A DNA stretch of 64,000 bases, from contig OZ241742.1 in the NCBI GenBank assembly GCA_965200955.1, positions 3,911,072 to 3,975,071 on the forward strand, written 5' to 3'. The notes beneath the pieces are model-generated. The model saw only the letters and a list, made by a program, of their open reading frames with translations, ran no database searches and was not told the origin of the DNA. Source of the DNA: Rhodothermales bacterium. Its GTDB lineage: Bacteria > Bacteroidota > Rhodothermia > Rhodothermales > Bin80. A program made the translations under genes and the position numbers. This document shows positions 28,187 to 40,200 of this stretch, one piece after another (position 1 is the first letter of the stretch; each line of letters opens with the position of its first letter).

Positions 28187-29605
28187 ATGAACATTCACTG
28201 GACCGAGTGCTGGCTTCATTGTATTGGTGCTGTCCTTGTATCTGCATGCATGATGCTGAGCATCACACATGGAATCTATGCCCAAGATGCACCACCAGAT
28301 ACGGTTACTGCTAAGGATGTGGTCAATGATCCTTCCAAACTTGCAGATCACCTAAAATGGGTTGTATATGATTTTCAACGTCCACAGGATAACATTTCAG
28401 GCTTTTTGCTTCAAAACCGAATTCATAACGATACGACCGGGATATGGAGTCATGAAAATATTTTTCTTTTACTATTTGATGCATCCCAGAAACTCAATCG
28501 TGGCTTACTTATTACCCATTCTGGTGACAGAACAAATCAGGGACAAAACTGGATCATTGCCGAGGTGACCGATGAAAAAGGAAATCCAGTCGTTGAGCAA
28601 ATGTTTTCTGCTGGCGAGGAGGAGCCTCTTCAAGTAGACTACCACTGGGACGATCCGAATGATCCAAACGATGACGCTGAAACCCCAAAGCAGAGCTTGG
28701 CTTTGCGTTATTACTCCCCCGCTTATGGAGATAGCCTCCTTGTAGTGATTGGATTTGCACAACCCGTTCCATTCCCAGAGTCAAATTTCGTTCCCCAAAA
28801 TCCCGCTCCAGATTTTCGAGCCGAACAAGTCGTTGACCGAGAAACTCTCAAGAATTGGACATCTGGTATAGTAAATTGGATTTTAGACATCATGGATCAA
28901 GACGGTGGATTTGGGTATCTCAACAGCAATATTGATATGTGGACTGCAGATAATTCAGCGTTTCGATCTGGTGCTACGTATATGATTGCATTATCCACTA
29001 CCGGTCAGATGCTGTTTCATGGGCAAACCCCAGAGATCATAGACCTGACCCGTTCGCGTAGTGATAGTTTAGATCTTCGTGGTCAGAAATTTGTCAAGGA
29101 ATTTATCGACATAGCATTGGGCGATTCCAAAGAAGGCTTTTATGAATACTGGGTAGATGATCCTCAAGTTGAGGGAGATGAAGATAGTACTGCGGCTCCC
29201 AAAGTTGCCTATGTTAAATTCCTTACCCATGAACGGATCCCTGGTGCATTTTCGGATGGAACCATTTTCATAGGAACATCCAATATTCTTCCAAGTCCAA
29301 CATCTGTTCAAGAACTGCCGACAGGCACTTCTACATTTACATTGGGGAATTATCCGAATCCTTTTTCGGGAACAACCAATCTGTATTTTAACTTAGAAGA
29401 GTCGGCTGAGGTAGAGATTGAAGTCATTGATCTGCTAGGCCGTACGATGCTGAAACATGCTCTAGGACAGATTCCAAGTGGAATTATATCGGATTATGAA
29501 ATTGATTCTGGGGGATGGGCACCAGGTGTCTATTACTATCGAATCATTACCACTACGGGAAGTGGTCCGACCATTCATGCAGGTAAGATGATGGTTGCCC
29601 GATAG
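28187..29605 (+). CDS. secreted protein of unknown function with T9SS C-terminal sorting domain
   Basis: Signal peptide (..GAVLVSACMMLSITHGIYAQD). C-terminal NYPNPFSGTTNLYFNLEESAEVEIEVIDLLGR...GVYYYRI. Confidence 0.7.
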   Translation: MNIHWTECWLHCIGAVLVSACMMLSITHGIYAQDAPPDTVTAKDVVNDPSKLADHLKWVVYDFQRPQDNISGFLLQNRIHNDTTGIWSHENIFLLLFDASQKLNRGLLITHSGDRTNQGQNWIIAEVTDEKGNPVVEQMFSAGEEEPLQVDYHWDDPNDPNDDAETPKQSLALRYYSPAYGDSLLVVIGFAQPVPFPESNFVPQNPAPDFRAEQVVDRETLKNWTSGIVNWILDIMDQDGGFGYLNSNIDMWTADNSAFRSGATYMIALSTTGQMLFHGQTPEIIDLTRSRSDSLDLRGQKFVKEFIDIALGDSKEGFYEYWVDDPQVEGDEDSTAAPKVAYVKFLTHERIPGAFSDGTIFIGTSNILPSPTSVQELPTGTSTFTLGNYPNPFSGTTNLYFNLEESAEVEIEVIDLLGRTMLKHALGQIPSGIISDYEIDSGGWAPGVYYYRIITTTGSGPTIHAGKMMVAR

Positions 29606-29640
29606 AGGTCACCCATCCGTTCATGATGTATAAACTTGGG

Positions 29641-29670
29641 CACGGATCTAAACTGTAGTTTGGATCCGTG
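29641..29670 (+). terminator. rho-independent terminator-like hairpin
   Basis: CACGGATCtAAACT-gt-AGTTTgGATCCGTG followed by ttgttcgttt, 36 nt after the stop codon. Confidence 0.55.
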
Positions 29671-30084
29671 TTGTTCGTTTCTAGGTATCCTGCCGCCAAT
29701 CGTTCACTGATAGAAATTGCTTTTAGAAGAGCGATTTTCAGCAGTGAATAACATCATAGGCATGTAGATATCGTATGAGAAAATGATCTGAAAGCCTAAG
29801 ACTGAATAAGGCATATCGCTTGAAAATTTTCAGTCAATACAAACCATGTGCTTAAATATTCGTAATTTTATCATCATCTCAGTCTATCGTGTGGTTCGCG
29901 GTTGGTGTGAGCAATGGATGATCCGTCCTTTTCTTATGAGCAGGTGAAACAATTTTTTCTTTTCTGGGCCGTTATCATCCTCATCCAACATCACCGTTAC
30001 TGTGCTCCAGCCCACCAGAGAGGTCCTTCTATATAAACACAGAGGTGACTATGAATTTCTATGATCACCTCATAATTTGACTTG

Positions 30085-32409
30085 ATGACTGGTACGGTAT
30101 TGGTACACATTGTTGTAGTCATCGCATTGGCGATCGGTGCTCAATGGTTGGCTTGGAGAGTTCGTGTCCCGTCTATTCTCCTGCTTCTGATTGTAGGATT
30201 TGTGGCGGGGCCCGTCATGCGGATCTTGCCGCCAGAACAGTTACAGGGCGAATGGGTCTTTGCATTTGTTTCTCTTGCAATTGGGATCATCCTGTTTGAA
30301 GGTGGTCTCAATCTTAGGCTGTCAGAACTACGAGGAGTCGGCAAAGCTGTCTTTAATCTTGTAACCATTGGGGTTGCTGTAACGGGAATTTTGGCAGCCA
30401 TTGCAGCTCATTATGTACTTGAGATGCCATGGGAGATTGCGGTTGTCTTAGGATCCATCCTCACCGTGACTGGCCCCACAGTGGTACTGCCCTTAATCCG
30501 ATATGTACGCCCCAGCGGCCGTGTGAATGCCATCGCTAAATGGGAAGGCATCACCATTGATCCAGTCGGTGCAATCGTTGCGGTATTGGTGCTTGAAGCG
30601 GTCATTGCGATGCATGAGTATGGTGTCAATGGAGGCACAGGTGGGGGCATGCTCACGACCATTCTACCGTCGCTTGATGCACTGTTGAAGACAGCTGCCG
30701 TCAGTATTGGAGCGAGCCTCCTGGGCGGATTCCTGATACTCTTTTTGTTGCGTCGTCACTTAGTCCCTGATTATCTGCAAAATTCATTTGCCCTTACGGT
30801 TGTGATTCTGGTGTATGCCGTTTCCAATCATTTGCATGAAGAATCAGGTCTATTTGCTGTGACGATTATGGGTGTATTTCTTGCCAATCAACCCTATGCA
30901 AATCTGCGAAACATCAACAAATTCAAAGAAGATCTTCAGTCCCTTCTGATAGGATGTCTCTTCATTCTTTTAAGTGCTCGGTTGAGTTTTGATGCTTTAA
31001 CGTACTATGATACTCGTGCCTTTATCTTTCTTGGAATTTTAATTATTGTCATTCGCCCCATCGCTGTGGCCATCTCCAGTCTCCGTACAGGACTCAACTG
31101 GAAAGAGCAGGGATTCATTGCTTGGCTTGCTCCGCGAGGGATTGTGGCCGCTGCAGTTGCATCTCTGTTTTCCGTTCGGATTGAAGCAGTCTATGGATCT
31201 GATGTAGCAGGGCCGCTCGTGCCCATCGTTTACATGGTCATTATCGGGACAGTCACCGTCTATGGATTGACACTTCAACCAGTGGCTCGAGTGCTTGGAA
31301 TGGCCGATTCAAATCCACAGGGAATTCTATTTTTGGGGGCTAAAACTTGGGTTCAACGCATTGCTAAAGCCATCCAAGATCAGGGAATTCCAGTGCAGCT
31401 GATTGATACGAACGAGGCAAATATTGAACAGGCACAGGGACGCGATCTGCCCGCCGTCTCAGCGAATGCTCTTGAAGAACAAGCCCTTGATGAATTGGAT
31501 CTCAGCGGGATTAATCGATTCATGGCACTCACCTCTAACGATGACACGAATTCGCTCGCCGCCATGCGTTTCAAGGAGGTCTTTGGTAGTGGAGAAGTGT
31601 TTCAGACCGAAGCTTCTCCTACTCGTCCCGAAATGTCATTGGTTCGCATTCCTGAACACATGCGAGGGCGCCCCTTATTTGGCGGAATTCATACGGTCTA
31701 TGATCTTGAACACCGCTTTGAGGCAGGAGGAGACATTCGGACATTTGGGATCACCGAGCCTGGCTCTTATGAAGCATTACAGGCTAAGTATGGAAATGAT
31801 CTCATTCTCATGTTCATCATTCGTGGATCTAACCTTCTGATTCATGCCGAGGAAAATAACCTGAATCCCCAGCTGAGAGATACTGTCATTGTGATGCTTC
31901 CTCCACTAGGTTTGGATGAAAATATCAAGGATACCACCATCTTTCGTGACCTCATTGATCGGGCCTTCATTATTAATTATATCATTGAAATCACTCCCGA
32001 TCACATCGTTGAAAGTGCTGCCAGATTATTGAGTCAACGCCTTCCAGAGTCGGCAGAACGACTGGCGCAAGGCTTGACCGACTGTATGGATAACGAAGAT
32101 TCCGTCTTGGCTCCTGGCGTTGTACTGCATCATGTGCGCCTTAGTAAAATTTCGCAGAGTGAACTCATCCTCATACGATGCGAAGTTCCACTCTTTTTGC
32201 CCCATACGACGGATCCCATAGAGGCGTTTGCCTTCTTTGTTACCCCAGAAGATGACCCAGCACAACACCTGCGAGTCCAGGCTCACTTGGCAGGATTATT
32301 GGGACGACGTACTTTATTGCCTGTCTGGCGCGAGGCCACCGATGAGAATTCATTACGGGCAACGCTTCGGTCTGCTGATTTTGAACCTAAGCTATCAATG
32401 ATCCGTTAG
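30085..32409 (+). CDS. CPA1-family Na+(K+)/H+ antiporter with RCK-like and PTS-EIIA-like C-terminal regulatory domains
   Basis: About 12 TM N-terminal part (..LLLLIVGFVAGP.., ..LFEGGLNL.., ..TGPTVVLPL.., ..AWLAPRGIVAAAVAS..). It is followed by GILFLGAKTWVQRIAKAI.. (Rossmann-like) and a C-terminal EIIA-like segment. Confidence 0.8.
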   Translation: MTGTVLVHIVVVIALAIGAQWLAWRVRVPSILLLLIVGFVAGPVMRILPPEQLQGEWVFAFVSLAIGIILFEGGLNLRLSELRGVGKAVFNLVTIGVAVTGILAAIAAHYVLEMPWEIAVVLGSILTVTGPTVVLPLIRYVRPSGRVNAIAKWEGITIDPVGAIVAVLVLEAVIAMHEYGVNGGTGGGMLTTILPSLDALLKTAAVSIGASLLGGFLILFLLRRHLVPDYLQNSFALTVVILVYAVSNHLHEESGLFAVTIMGVFLANQPYANLRNINKFKEDLQSLLIGCLFILLSARLSFDALTYYDTRAFIFLGILIIVIRPIAVAISSLRTGLNWKEQGFIAWLAPRGIVAAAVASLFSVRIEAVYGSDVAGPLVPIVYMVIIGTVTVYGLTLQPVARVLGMADSNPQGILFLGAKTWVQRIAKAIQDQGIPVQLIDTNEANIEQAQGRDLPAVSANALEEQALDELDLSGINRFMALTSNDDTNSLAAMRFKEVFGSGEVFQTEASPTRPEMSLVRIPEHMRGRPLFGGIHTVYDLEHRFEAGGDIRTFGITEPGSYEALQAKYGNDLILMFIIRGSNLLIHAEENNLNPQLRDTVIVMLPPLGLDENIKDTTIFRDLIDRAFIINYIIEITPDHIVESAARLLSQRLPESAERLAQGLTDCMDNEDSVLAPGVVLHHVRLSKISQSELILIRCEVPLFLPHTTDPIEAFAFFVTPEDDPAQHLRVQAHLAGLLGRRTLLPVWREATDENSLRATLRSADFEPKLSMIR

Positions 32410-32440
32410 GATGTTTGCTCAATATCCTCTCCTCTTCTGA

Positions 32441-33289
32441 ATGGATTTTCCCAACGCGAAAACAAGACTCGCCATGATCATTGGACATCCGATAGGTCAC
32501 TCGCTGTCTCCTTTGATCCATAACACGGCATTTCGGCACCAAGGCTTAAACTATGTCTATATGGCCATGGAGATTACCCCTGAGAACTTATCCAAAGGAT
32601 TGCGTGGACTAACGGCTTTGGGATGCGTTGGTGCAAATGTGACGATTCCCTACAAAGAGGATGTCTTGCCCCACATGAACCATCTCTCAGAGGTTGCCAA
32701 GGCGATCGGTGCGGTCAATACGATTGTTTGTCAAGAAGATCAACTGTATGGAGATAATACAGATGTTTCGGGCTTTTTGGCTCCCATTGTTGATCTGCCA
32801 TTGAGAAATACTCCCATGACCATTCTGGGTGCTGGTGGTGCCGCACGTGCTGCAGCATTTGGACTTGTTCAACACTTTGATCCCCAACCCCTGACATTGG
32901 TCGCTCGCCGAGTAGATCAAGCACAGAACATTGTGAGAGACTTCTCAGGATTGAGTAGTCGTATCAATGTATGTGACTTTCCGTCTTCATCCACCTCCAT
33001 TCAGAAAAGTCGATTGATTGTTAATGCTACCCCTTTGGGGATGCATCCACATGTGGACCAAACTCCATTGGATAGGAGCATATATTTTTCATCCAATCAA
33101 GTGGTTTACGATATGGTCTATCGCCCCAATCGTACACGGCTACTAAAACAGGCTGAAAGCCAAGGAGCTCAAGTGATCGGTGGACTCAATATGCTCATTC
33201 ATCAAGCCGCTGCTGCCTATAAACAGTGGACTCACCACGACATGCCTTTAGATGTCGTTCGGAATGCTTTAAATCAAACCTTCGTTTAA
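32441..33289 (+). CDS. aroE: shikimate dehydrogenase
   Basis: IGHPIGHSLSPLIHN, GANVTIPYKE, IGAVNTI, GDNTDVSGF, ILGAGGAARA. Confidence 0.9.
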   Translation: MDFPNAKTRLAMIIGHPIGHSLSPLIHNTAFRHQGLNYVYMAMEITPENLSKGLRGLTALGCVGANVTIPYKEDVLPHMNHLSEVAKAIGAVNTIVCQEDQLYGDNTDVSGFLAPIVDLPLRNTPMTILGAGGAARAAAFGLVQHFDPQPLTLVARRVDQAQNIVRDFSGLSSRINVCDFPSSSTSIQKSRLIVNATPLGMHPHVDQTPLDRSIYFSSNQVVYDMVYRPNRTRLLKQAESQGAQVIGGLNMLIHQAAAAYKQWTHHDMPLDVVRNALNQTFV

Positions 33290-33291
33290 AA

Positions 33292-34854
33292 ATGAACATG
33301 TGTCGTCATTCGTTCAAATTGTTGCTTCTGTTGATCTTCGCACCATTCGTTGCCAGTGCACAAGTACCTCAACTTGGATCTACATCTTTCGAAAATTCAG
33401 GTGCATTGGATGCACAGGATGCTTTTTCACGAGGGCTTCTTCTTTTGCATAGTTTTGAATATGAAGACTCACGAGAGGCATTTCAGGAAGCTCGCACTCT
33501 AGATCCTGATTTCGCCATGGCTTATTGGGGTGAGGCCATGACCCATAATCATCCTATCTGGATGAGACAGGAAACTGAACAGGGACGTAGAGTTCTGTTT
33601 GATCTTGGACCCGATCTTGATGCTCGTTTGGAAAAAACATCAACCCAACGTGAAAAACAGTACCTGAAAGCGATAAACCTCCTCTACTTTGCCGATGGCG
33701 ATAAAAAAGAACGAGATGTTGCCTATCAACACCAGATGCAAGTCATCGCTCAAACCTATCCCGACGATCTTGATGCAGCTGCTTTCCATGCACTGTCCAT
33801 TCTTGGTATGGCACACGACGGGCGTGATTTTGCATTATATATGCGAGCGGCCGCCATTGTAGAAGATGTTTTTGCTCAGAATCCCCAACATCCAGGAGCT
33901 GCACATTATCTGATTCACGCCTACGATGATCCGATTCATGCACCCCTCGGACTACGAGCAGCACGAGTCTATGCAAAGATTGCACCAGATGCGACTCACG
34001 CTCTTCATATGCCATCGCATATTTTTGCAGCATTGGGGATGTGGCCAGAAATGGCCTCTGCTAACGAAGATGCTTACGCCGCTAGTCTTGAATGGATAAA
34101 GCGCAAGGGATTGAATACTCACATTCATTCCTTGCATGCAAAACAATGGCTTGCCTATGCCTACTTGCAGCTCGGGCGCTTTTCTGATGCAACAGAATTA
34201 CTGTCCGACCGGATCGTTCATCTACAAAGCCATGGCTTTGACCGATTCTCTGGTGGTTACACCGCACTGATGCTTGAGAACTATCTGGTAGAAACGAATC
34301 AGTGGGACTCTGAATATGCACATATGGAGTGGGAAACTACGAATATGTCGCCAATCAGCAGAGCGACAGTGTTATTTATCCAAGGGAAAGTTGCATTATC
34401 CACGGGAAATCCAGAAGGTGCTCTTGAAGCAATCAACCAACTGATGACTCTTAAAGAGGTCAACGAAATACCCCTATTGTATCAACATCAACTCAACGCT
34501 GACCTGCTTCATTTAGAGGGAAATCTTGATGGTGCTATTGAAGTTTTGGAAGTGGCAGCAAAAATCGATGCTGACCGACCATTGGATTTTGGTCCTCCTG
34601 AACCCGCAAAACCAACCTATGAGCTTCTGGGAGAATTTTATTTGATGGCCAATAGAGCTGAAGATGCCATTGGTGCTTATCAAGCTGCACTTGCCCGAGC
34701 ACCAGGAAGGTCATTGTCCTTCATTGGTTTAGCAAAAGCCGCGAAATTGATTTCCAATGAAAAGGTTTATCAAGAGGCTATGTCCAAATTAAACGAGAAC
34801 TGGCGAGATGCAGACAACAGTGTAACACATCCGTTTTTGTCTTCCATGGATTAG
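33292..34854 (+). CDS. secreted TPR-like helical-repeat protein of unknown function
   Basis: Signal peptide MNMCRHSFKLLLLLIFAPFVASAQ, with a helical repeat-like body (..AMAYWGEAMTHNHPIW.., ..AHYLIHAYDDP..). The start was placed after the aroE stop. Confidence 0.45.
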   Translation: MNMCRHSFKLLLLLIFAPFVASAQVPQLGSTSFENSGALDAQDAFSRGLLLLHSFEYEDSREAFQEARTLDPDFAMAYWGEAMTHNHPIWMRQETEQGRRVLFDLGPDLDARLEKTSTQREKQYLKAINLLYFADGDKKERDVAYQHQMQVIAQTYPDDLDAAAFHALSILGMAHDGRDFALYMRAAAIVEDVFAQNPQHPGAAHYLIHAYDDPIHAPLGLRAARVYAKIAPDATHALHMPSHIFAALGMWPEMASANEDAYAASLEWIKRKGLNTHIHSLHAKQWLAYAYLQLGRFSDATELLSDRIVHLQSHGFDRFSGGYTALMLENYLVETNQWDSEYAHMEWETTNMSPISRATVLFIQGKVALSTGNPEGALEAINQLMTLKEVNEIPLLYQHQLNADLLHLEGNLDGAIEVLEVAAKIDADRPLDFGPPEPAKPTYELLGEFYLMANRAEDAIGAYQAALARAPGRSLSFIGLAKAAKLISNEKVYQEAMSKLNENWRDADNSVTHPFLSSMD

Positions 34855-35166
34855 AGTGCACTTGAAGTGTGATGTGCATTCAAACGTCAAATAGTGATTA
34901 TCGCATGTCAACTTGATGCAGTGAGACGATCTCCATTTTGCGATTCTATGGGATCTGCCAAAATTCAATTCGACATTCCTCCTGCTTCTTACATGAACAT
35001 TTGCCATCTTGATTGTACAACTCATTGAGCATGGAAATCCACCTCAGTGGTACACTTTATTGCTTTAATGAGTTCAGGACCTGGGGTGTTCCCCCGGCCA
35101 ACTTGAATACCCATTACTACTCTATCAGGCACTCTCTGACACAAAAAATCTAACATCTGAATCTCT

Positions 35167-37029
35167 ATGCATCCTTTGAGTTCGTCTCAAATCACTCTTG
35201 AATCTCCTCTGAAGTCAATGTCTTTTAAGTATTGGATGGAATTCTCTGCGTTTTGGTCATATGTTCATAGTTATTGTATAGCCTTGACGTTGTTGATGCT
35301 CCTCTTGCCTATTGGAAAGATTCACGCACAAGATACCGAACCTCCGATGTATGAATTTAGGGGAGCCTGGATTGCTACGGTCTACAAGCTTGATTGGCCA
35401 ACGAGTAACGTTGAGCTTCACCAGAAGCGCCAGATGGTAGATTTATTGGATTACCTCAAAGATGCTGGAATCAATGCTGTATTTTTCCAAGTACGTTCTG
35501 TAGCTGATGCCATGTATGAATCAAGTTACGAACCATGGTCACACTACTTGACGGGTAGTCAGTCAACTCCTGCGACCTATGATCCCCTGACATTCGTTAT
35601 TGAAGAAGCTCACCGTCGGGGAATGGAACTTCACGCATGGGTGAATCCGTATAGGGCCCACAATGGGAGTGCCTTTCAAGTGGCAGATAACCATGTAACC
35701 AAGAAACATCCAGAATGGACCTATCGTGCTGGACAGATTACTTGGCTGGATCCGGGCCAGAAAGCTGTCCGAGATTATGTCACGACGATTGTCATGGATA
35801 TTGCACGCCGCTATGCGATTGATGGAATCCATTTTGATGATTACTTCTACCCCTATCCCCCATACCATCTGACCTTTACAAATCGTCCAGATCAGCAGAC
35901 ATTTCTCAATGAAAACCGCGGGTTTACCAATATCAATGCGTGGAGAAGAGATAATATCAACCTGCATATTGCCCAAGTTTCCGATAGCTTACGCACACTG
36001 AACACGAACTTAAAATTCGGTGTCAGCCCTTTCGGGATTTGGAAAAATGGGGTTCCATCTGGGATCTTTGGGCTTGATGCCTATAATCGGATTTTTGCAG
36101 ATCCGATTGAATGGATCCAATCAGGAACGATAGATTATTTGGTTCCACAGTTATATTGGGCGTTTGGTGGATCGCAGGATTATGCAAAATTATCTAGATG
36201 GTGGGCCAGTCAGGCCGCCGGTATCCATCTCTACACTGGACATGCTTTACATGAAATAGGGAGAGATTTCAGTACTTCTGAGGTTCCCAATCAGGTTGCA
36301 TTTAATCGAACGGTTGACCAAATTGATGGCAGTGTTTTTTTTCGAGCCCGATTTTTGCTTCCCGGACGAGCACGGAACTTTGCACAGAGGATACGAAATG
36401 GTCTGTATCAGTATCCATCACTTCCACCCCCGATGGAATGGAAAGAAATGAGTGTCCCTCTCTCTCCTACGAATCTGTCAGTCGAGAAAACTCAACAATC
36501 CTATCAGTTGACTTGGAATGACTTTAGTGTAGGGCGTTACGCCATCTACCGCGTCCAAAGTGACACACGGCCCGATGAGAGGATTGTTACCAACGATGTT
36601 CGTAACCTGATCGCGATTACAGGTGAAAAGCAATACACTGATGAAGATATCTTTGGTACAGAACGATATTGGTATTTTGTTCGGTCTGTCAGTTCAAATT
36701 CTATCCAAAGTCCTCCGACCAGTCCAGTATCGACCTCCAGAGAATCTGTACCACCGTCTACGCAGCTTCATCTCTCAGCCTATCCCACCGTGTTCAGTGA
36801 CTATATTCAAATTGAGTACGCACTTCAGACACCTGACATCGTCTCTCTACAGCTCTTTGATTCCATCGGCCGCAATGCAGCTACTCTGATGAATGATACA
36901 TTCAAACCGTCTGGACAGTATAGAATGTCCTATTCATCCCATAACAATCAACTACCCAGTGGAATGTATTGGCTTGTTTTGACGGCGGGAGATCAGCGTA
37001 GGACGCATGCTATCATTCACAGCCATTGA
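35167..37029 (+). CDS. GHL10/DUF187 (family-10-like glycosyl hydrolase, YngK-like) with T9SS C-terminal sorting domain
   Basis: EFRGAWIATVYKLDWP...LLDYLKDAGINAVFFQVR...YEPWSHYLTG...AHRRGMELHAWVNPYRA; C-terminal ..YPTVFSDYIQIEYAL....LQLFDSIGR...GMYWLVL. Confidence 0.8.
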   Translation: MHPLSSSQITLESPLKSMSFKYWMEFSAFWSYVHSYCIALTLLMLLLPIGKIHAQDTEPPMYEFRGAWIATVYKLDWPTSNVELHQKRQMVDLLDYLKDAGINAVFFQVRSVADAMYESSYEPWSHYLTGSQSTPATYDPLTFVIEEAHRRGMELHAWVNPYRAHNGSAFQVADNHVTKKHPEWTYRAGQITWLDPGQKAVRDYVTTIVMDIARRYAIDGIHFDDYFYPYPPYHLTFTNRPDQQTFLNENRGFTNINAWRRDNINLHIAQVSDSLRTLNTNLKFGVSPFGIWKNGVPSGIFGLDAYNRIFADPIEWIQSGTIDYLVPQLYWAFGGSQDYAKLSRWWASQAAGIHLYTGHALHEIGRDFSTSEVPNQVAFNRTVDQIDGSVFFRARFLLPGRARNFAQRIRNGLYQYPSLPPPMEWKEMSVPLSPTNLSVEKTQQSYQLTWNDFSVGRYAIYRVQSDTRPDERIVTNDVRNLIAITGEKQYTDEDIFGTERYWYFVRSVSSNSIQSPPTSPVSTSRESVPPSTQLHLSAYPTVFSDYIQIEYALQTPDIVSLQLFDSIGRNAATLMNDTFKPSGQYRMSYSSHNNQLPSGMYWLVLTAGDQRRTHAIIHSH

Positions 37030-37254
37030 AATTAATGATCTCCCCTTGGTGATTCATGTTGGGGTATCTTGGGGGATCAAATGAAGTGAGATCTCATATA
37101 ATCCGTGATCTGAGAGATTTTTGGGTTGATCATTCATCATTATTTGATCATAACCAGTTTCATTGCTACATAGGACTGCTTTTTTGATTCGTGACGTAAC
37201 CACAATCAAGAGAAGAATTTCTCCTACAATAAGCAGATTTTCTAAACCCTTGGG

Positions 37255-40200
37255 TTATTTGACACTCATAAAGTGCCCAACATAGACCGAAGAGGACCTG
37301 TCATCCAAAGATGTTGCATGAATCCGATACAGATATGCACCTGAGGGCAAGTTCAGATCGCTGAGTTCTATTTCATTGCCCCATCCTGCGGTGAGATACT
37401 CCGATGGGGTTGACACCAATCGCCTCCCTGTGACATCCATGACTTCTACCTGCACCTGTGCAGGCCATGGAAGATCAAAGACCAGATTTGTGGAGCGATG
37501 GAAAGGATTCGGGTAATTGGAATACCCACGTAATTCTTGGGGGAGATCTGGGTTTTCATCTGTATGAACCGGAGAGATGACACCAATGCTGAATAAGAGA
37601 CTGTCCTGTGCCCCGTGATGATCTGTCGCTGTGTAGGTCAGCGAGATCGGTGGAGTAATTTCCAAAGGGGTTCCACTGATCGTACGTGATGGCGCATCAA
37701 ACCGCAGGTCAAAGGGAAGATCAAACAGCGTAAGGGTATACTGGATGGGAGGCACTCCCCCCGTTACTACTGGAAGCACCAGAGGATCAATGGCCTGCCC
37801 TCGCGGATAGGATTGGTTGGGTACGGTTTCGGTAAAGGAGATCGTGTACACTTGTATATTAAAACCCCGTTTTGTACTAGTCCCAGCACGATCCTCTACC
37901 GTATAGGTGTAGAGCTGAGAGTCCATCACTTCTGGGGGCGTTCCGCTGAGGGTACGTGTTTCGGCTTCAAAGGTGAGCCCTTTGGGCGGATCTGGGGTTA
38001 AGGTGTAGTCATAAGGCGGCACCCCTCCCATTGCACTGGGAAGGACAAGATCAGCAATCGCTTTCCCGGCTGGATACATCTGATTTTCAATTGAATCCGC
38101 AAAGACCAAAGCTTGCGGTGCAATGACTTCTATCGTAAATGTTTGGATCGCCGTTGCATTTTCGTCATCGGTGACCATATACGTATAGGTGGTTGCAGAG
38201 ATACTTTTAGAGGGGGTTCCACTTAACGTTTGCGTGGTCGCATCAAACTCAAGTCCTTCAGGCAGATCCGGCGTGAGAGCATAGCGATAGGGCTGTGTAC
38301 CCCCTACAGCATCAGGAAGCACGACCTCATCAATCGGTACCCCCACGGTAAAGGATTGATTGGGGATCGTCGTGGCAAACGATAAGGGTTGCACATCACT
38401 GTCATCATCATCTGCAATGGTCAGCGTATGAATGTTTTGGTTTCCTAAATCATAGCCTGCGCCGCTGGTCAGCGTCACGATGATTGTCTCATTCGATTCG
38501 TCGACTTGATCATTGGTAATGGCAATGGAGAGATTCGCTGAGGTGGCATTGGCGGCGATCGTGATAGAGCCTGATCCCTCAATGGTGTAGTCGGCATTTT
38601 CGGTGGCGGTGCCTCCCAGAGAGTACGTAATGGTGAGCGAACTCGGAGAGGCGGGATTCACATTGACCTGCACGGTCGCAGTTGTACCGTCTTCGTTGAC
38701 CTGAGAAGACGCAGCATCAAACGAGACAGCAATCCCCGTTGATGGTCCAGTGGCTGTAGTCGCACTGGCTACATTGGATGGTTGAGCGCTTTCTCCCACC
38801 GAATTGCTGGCATAGACACGATAATAGCGCGTTGTCCCTGCCGTCAGTCCAGTATGGGAATCCGTCGTTGCCGTTGCAGTCGTGTTCGTTCTCGTCAAAT
38901 TGTTCCAGGGATCGTTTCCATCGGTTGACCACTGTATGCGGTATCCCGTGATGGGTGAACCTCCCGAACTGGATGGGACAGTCCAAGAAAGATTGATCGT
39001 CGTCTGTCCCGATGCCGATGCATTGAGTAATCTCGGCACACTTGGCACGGTGGCCGCTGTTGTACTCGTTGTTGCACTGGCTACATCGGATGCAGGACTA
39101 TCTCCCACCGAGTTGATCGCATAAACACGGTAATAACGTGTCGTTCCTGCCGTCAGTCCAGTATGGGAATCTGTCGTTGCAGTCGCCGTCGAGTTCGTTC
39201 TCGTCAAATTGTTCCAGGGATCGTTTCCATCGGTTGACCACTGTATGCGGTATCCCGTAATGGACGCACCTCCCGTACTGGATGGTCCATCCCAAGAGAG
39301 ATTAATGGTCGTTTGCCCCGATGCAGTGGCACGGAGTAATCTAGGTGCAGTTGGTGCAGTGGCCGTTGTAGTAGTCGCCGTTGTCGCATCGTCTACATTG
39401 GATGCTGGGCTTTCAAGTCCACCACTGTTGCTGGCATAGACCCGGTAATGTCGCCTCGTCCCCGGATCAAGTCCAGTATCGGCGTAGGTGCGCCCCGTGC
39501 CCGTATGGGCGGGAGACACATTTTGCCAACCTGACGTTCCGTTGGCCGACCACTGAATGCGATATCCAGTAATAGACGAACCGCCCGTACTGGATGGAGC
39601 AGTCCAAGATAGGTTAATGGTCGTTTGCCCCGATGCCGTTGCACGGAGTGTTCTCGGTGCACTCGGTGCGGTGGCCGTTGTCGTACCTGTCGTAGCACTG
39701 ACCACATCGGATGCTTCGCTTTCAAGTCCCTGATGGTTGATGGAAAAGATCCTGTAATGACGTGTCGTCCCTGCAGTTAAACCCCTGTGGGCATCGGAGG
39801 TCGTAAGAAAACTTTCCGTCCTTGAAAAATCGTCCCAGTTGGTACCCGCATCTTCAGACACTTCAATCCGATATCCAAAAAGGGGCGTGCTACCGCTACT
39901 GGTGGGGGCCGTCCACGAGAGATTGATCGTCGTTTGGCCCGATGCTGTTGCCCGAACCGATGTCGGTGTATCGGGGGCGACTTCACCTCCAGTAGTCGTG
40001 GTAGCCATAGCCACATTGGAGGGCTGCGTACTTTCTCCCACCGAGTTGATGGCGTACACACGGTAATGGCGGGTGGTGCCTTCATCAAGGCCCGTATGCT
40101 GGCGTGATGTGGCCGGGGGCATGGTGTTGGGTGTCAGATCGGTCCAACTGCCGTCGGTTCCATCAGCAGACCACTCCATCCTGTATTCTGTTATCGCAGC

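Noticed and set aside
27899-28351. 150-aa minus-strand ORF upstream of and overlapping the 28187 CDS.
   Set aside because: It has no recognisable motifs, overlaps the signal-peptide region of a well-supported T9SS protein, and lies in AT-rich intergenic sequence.
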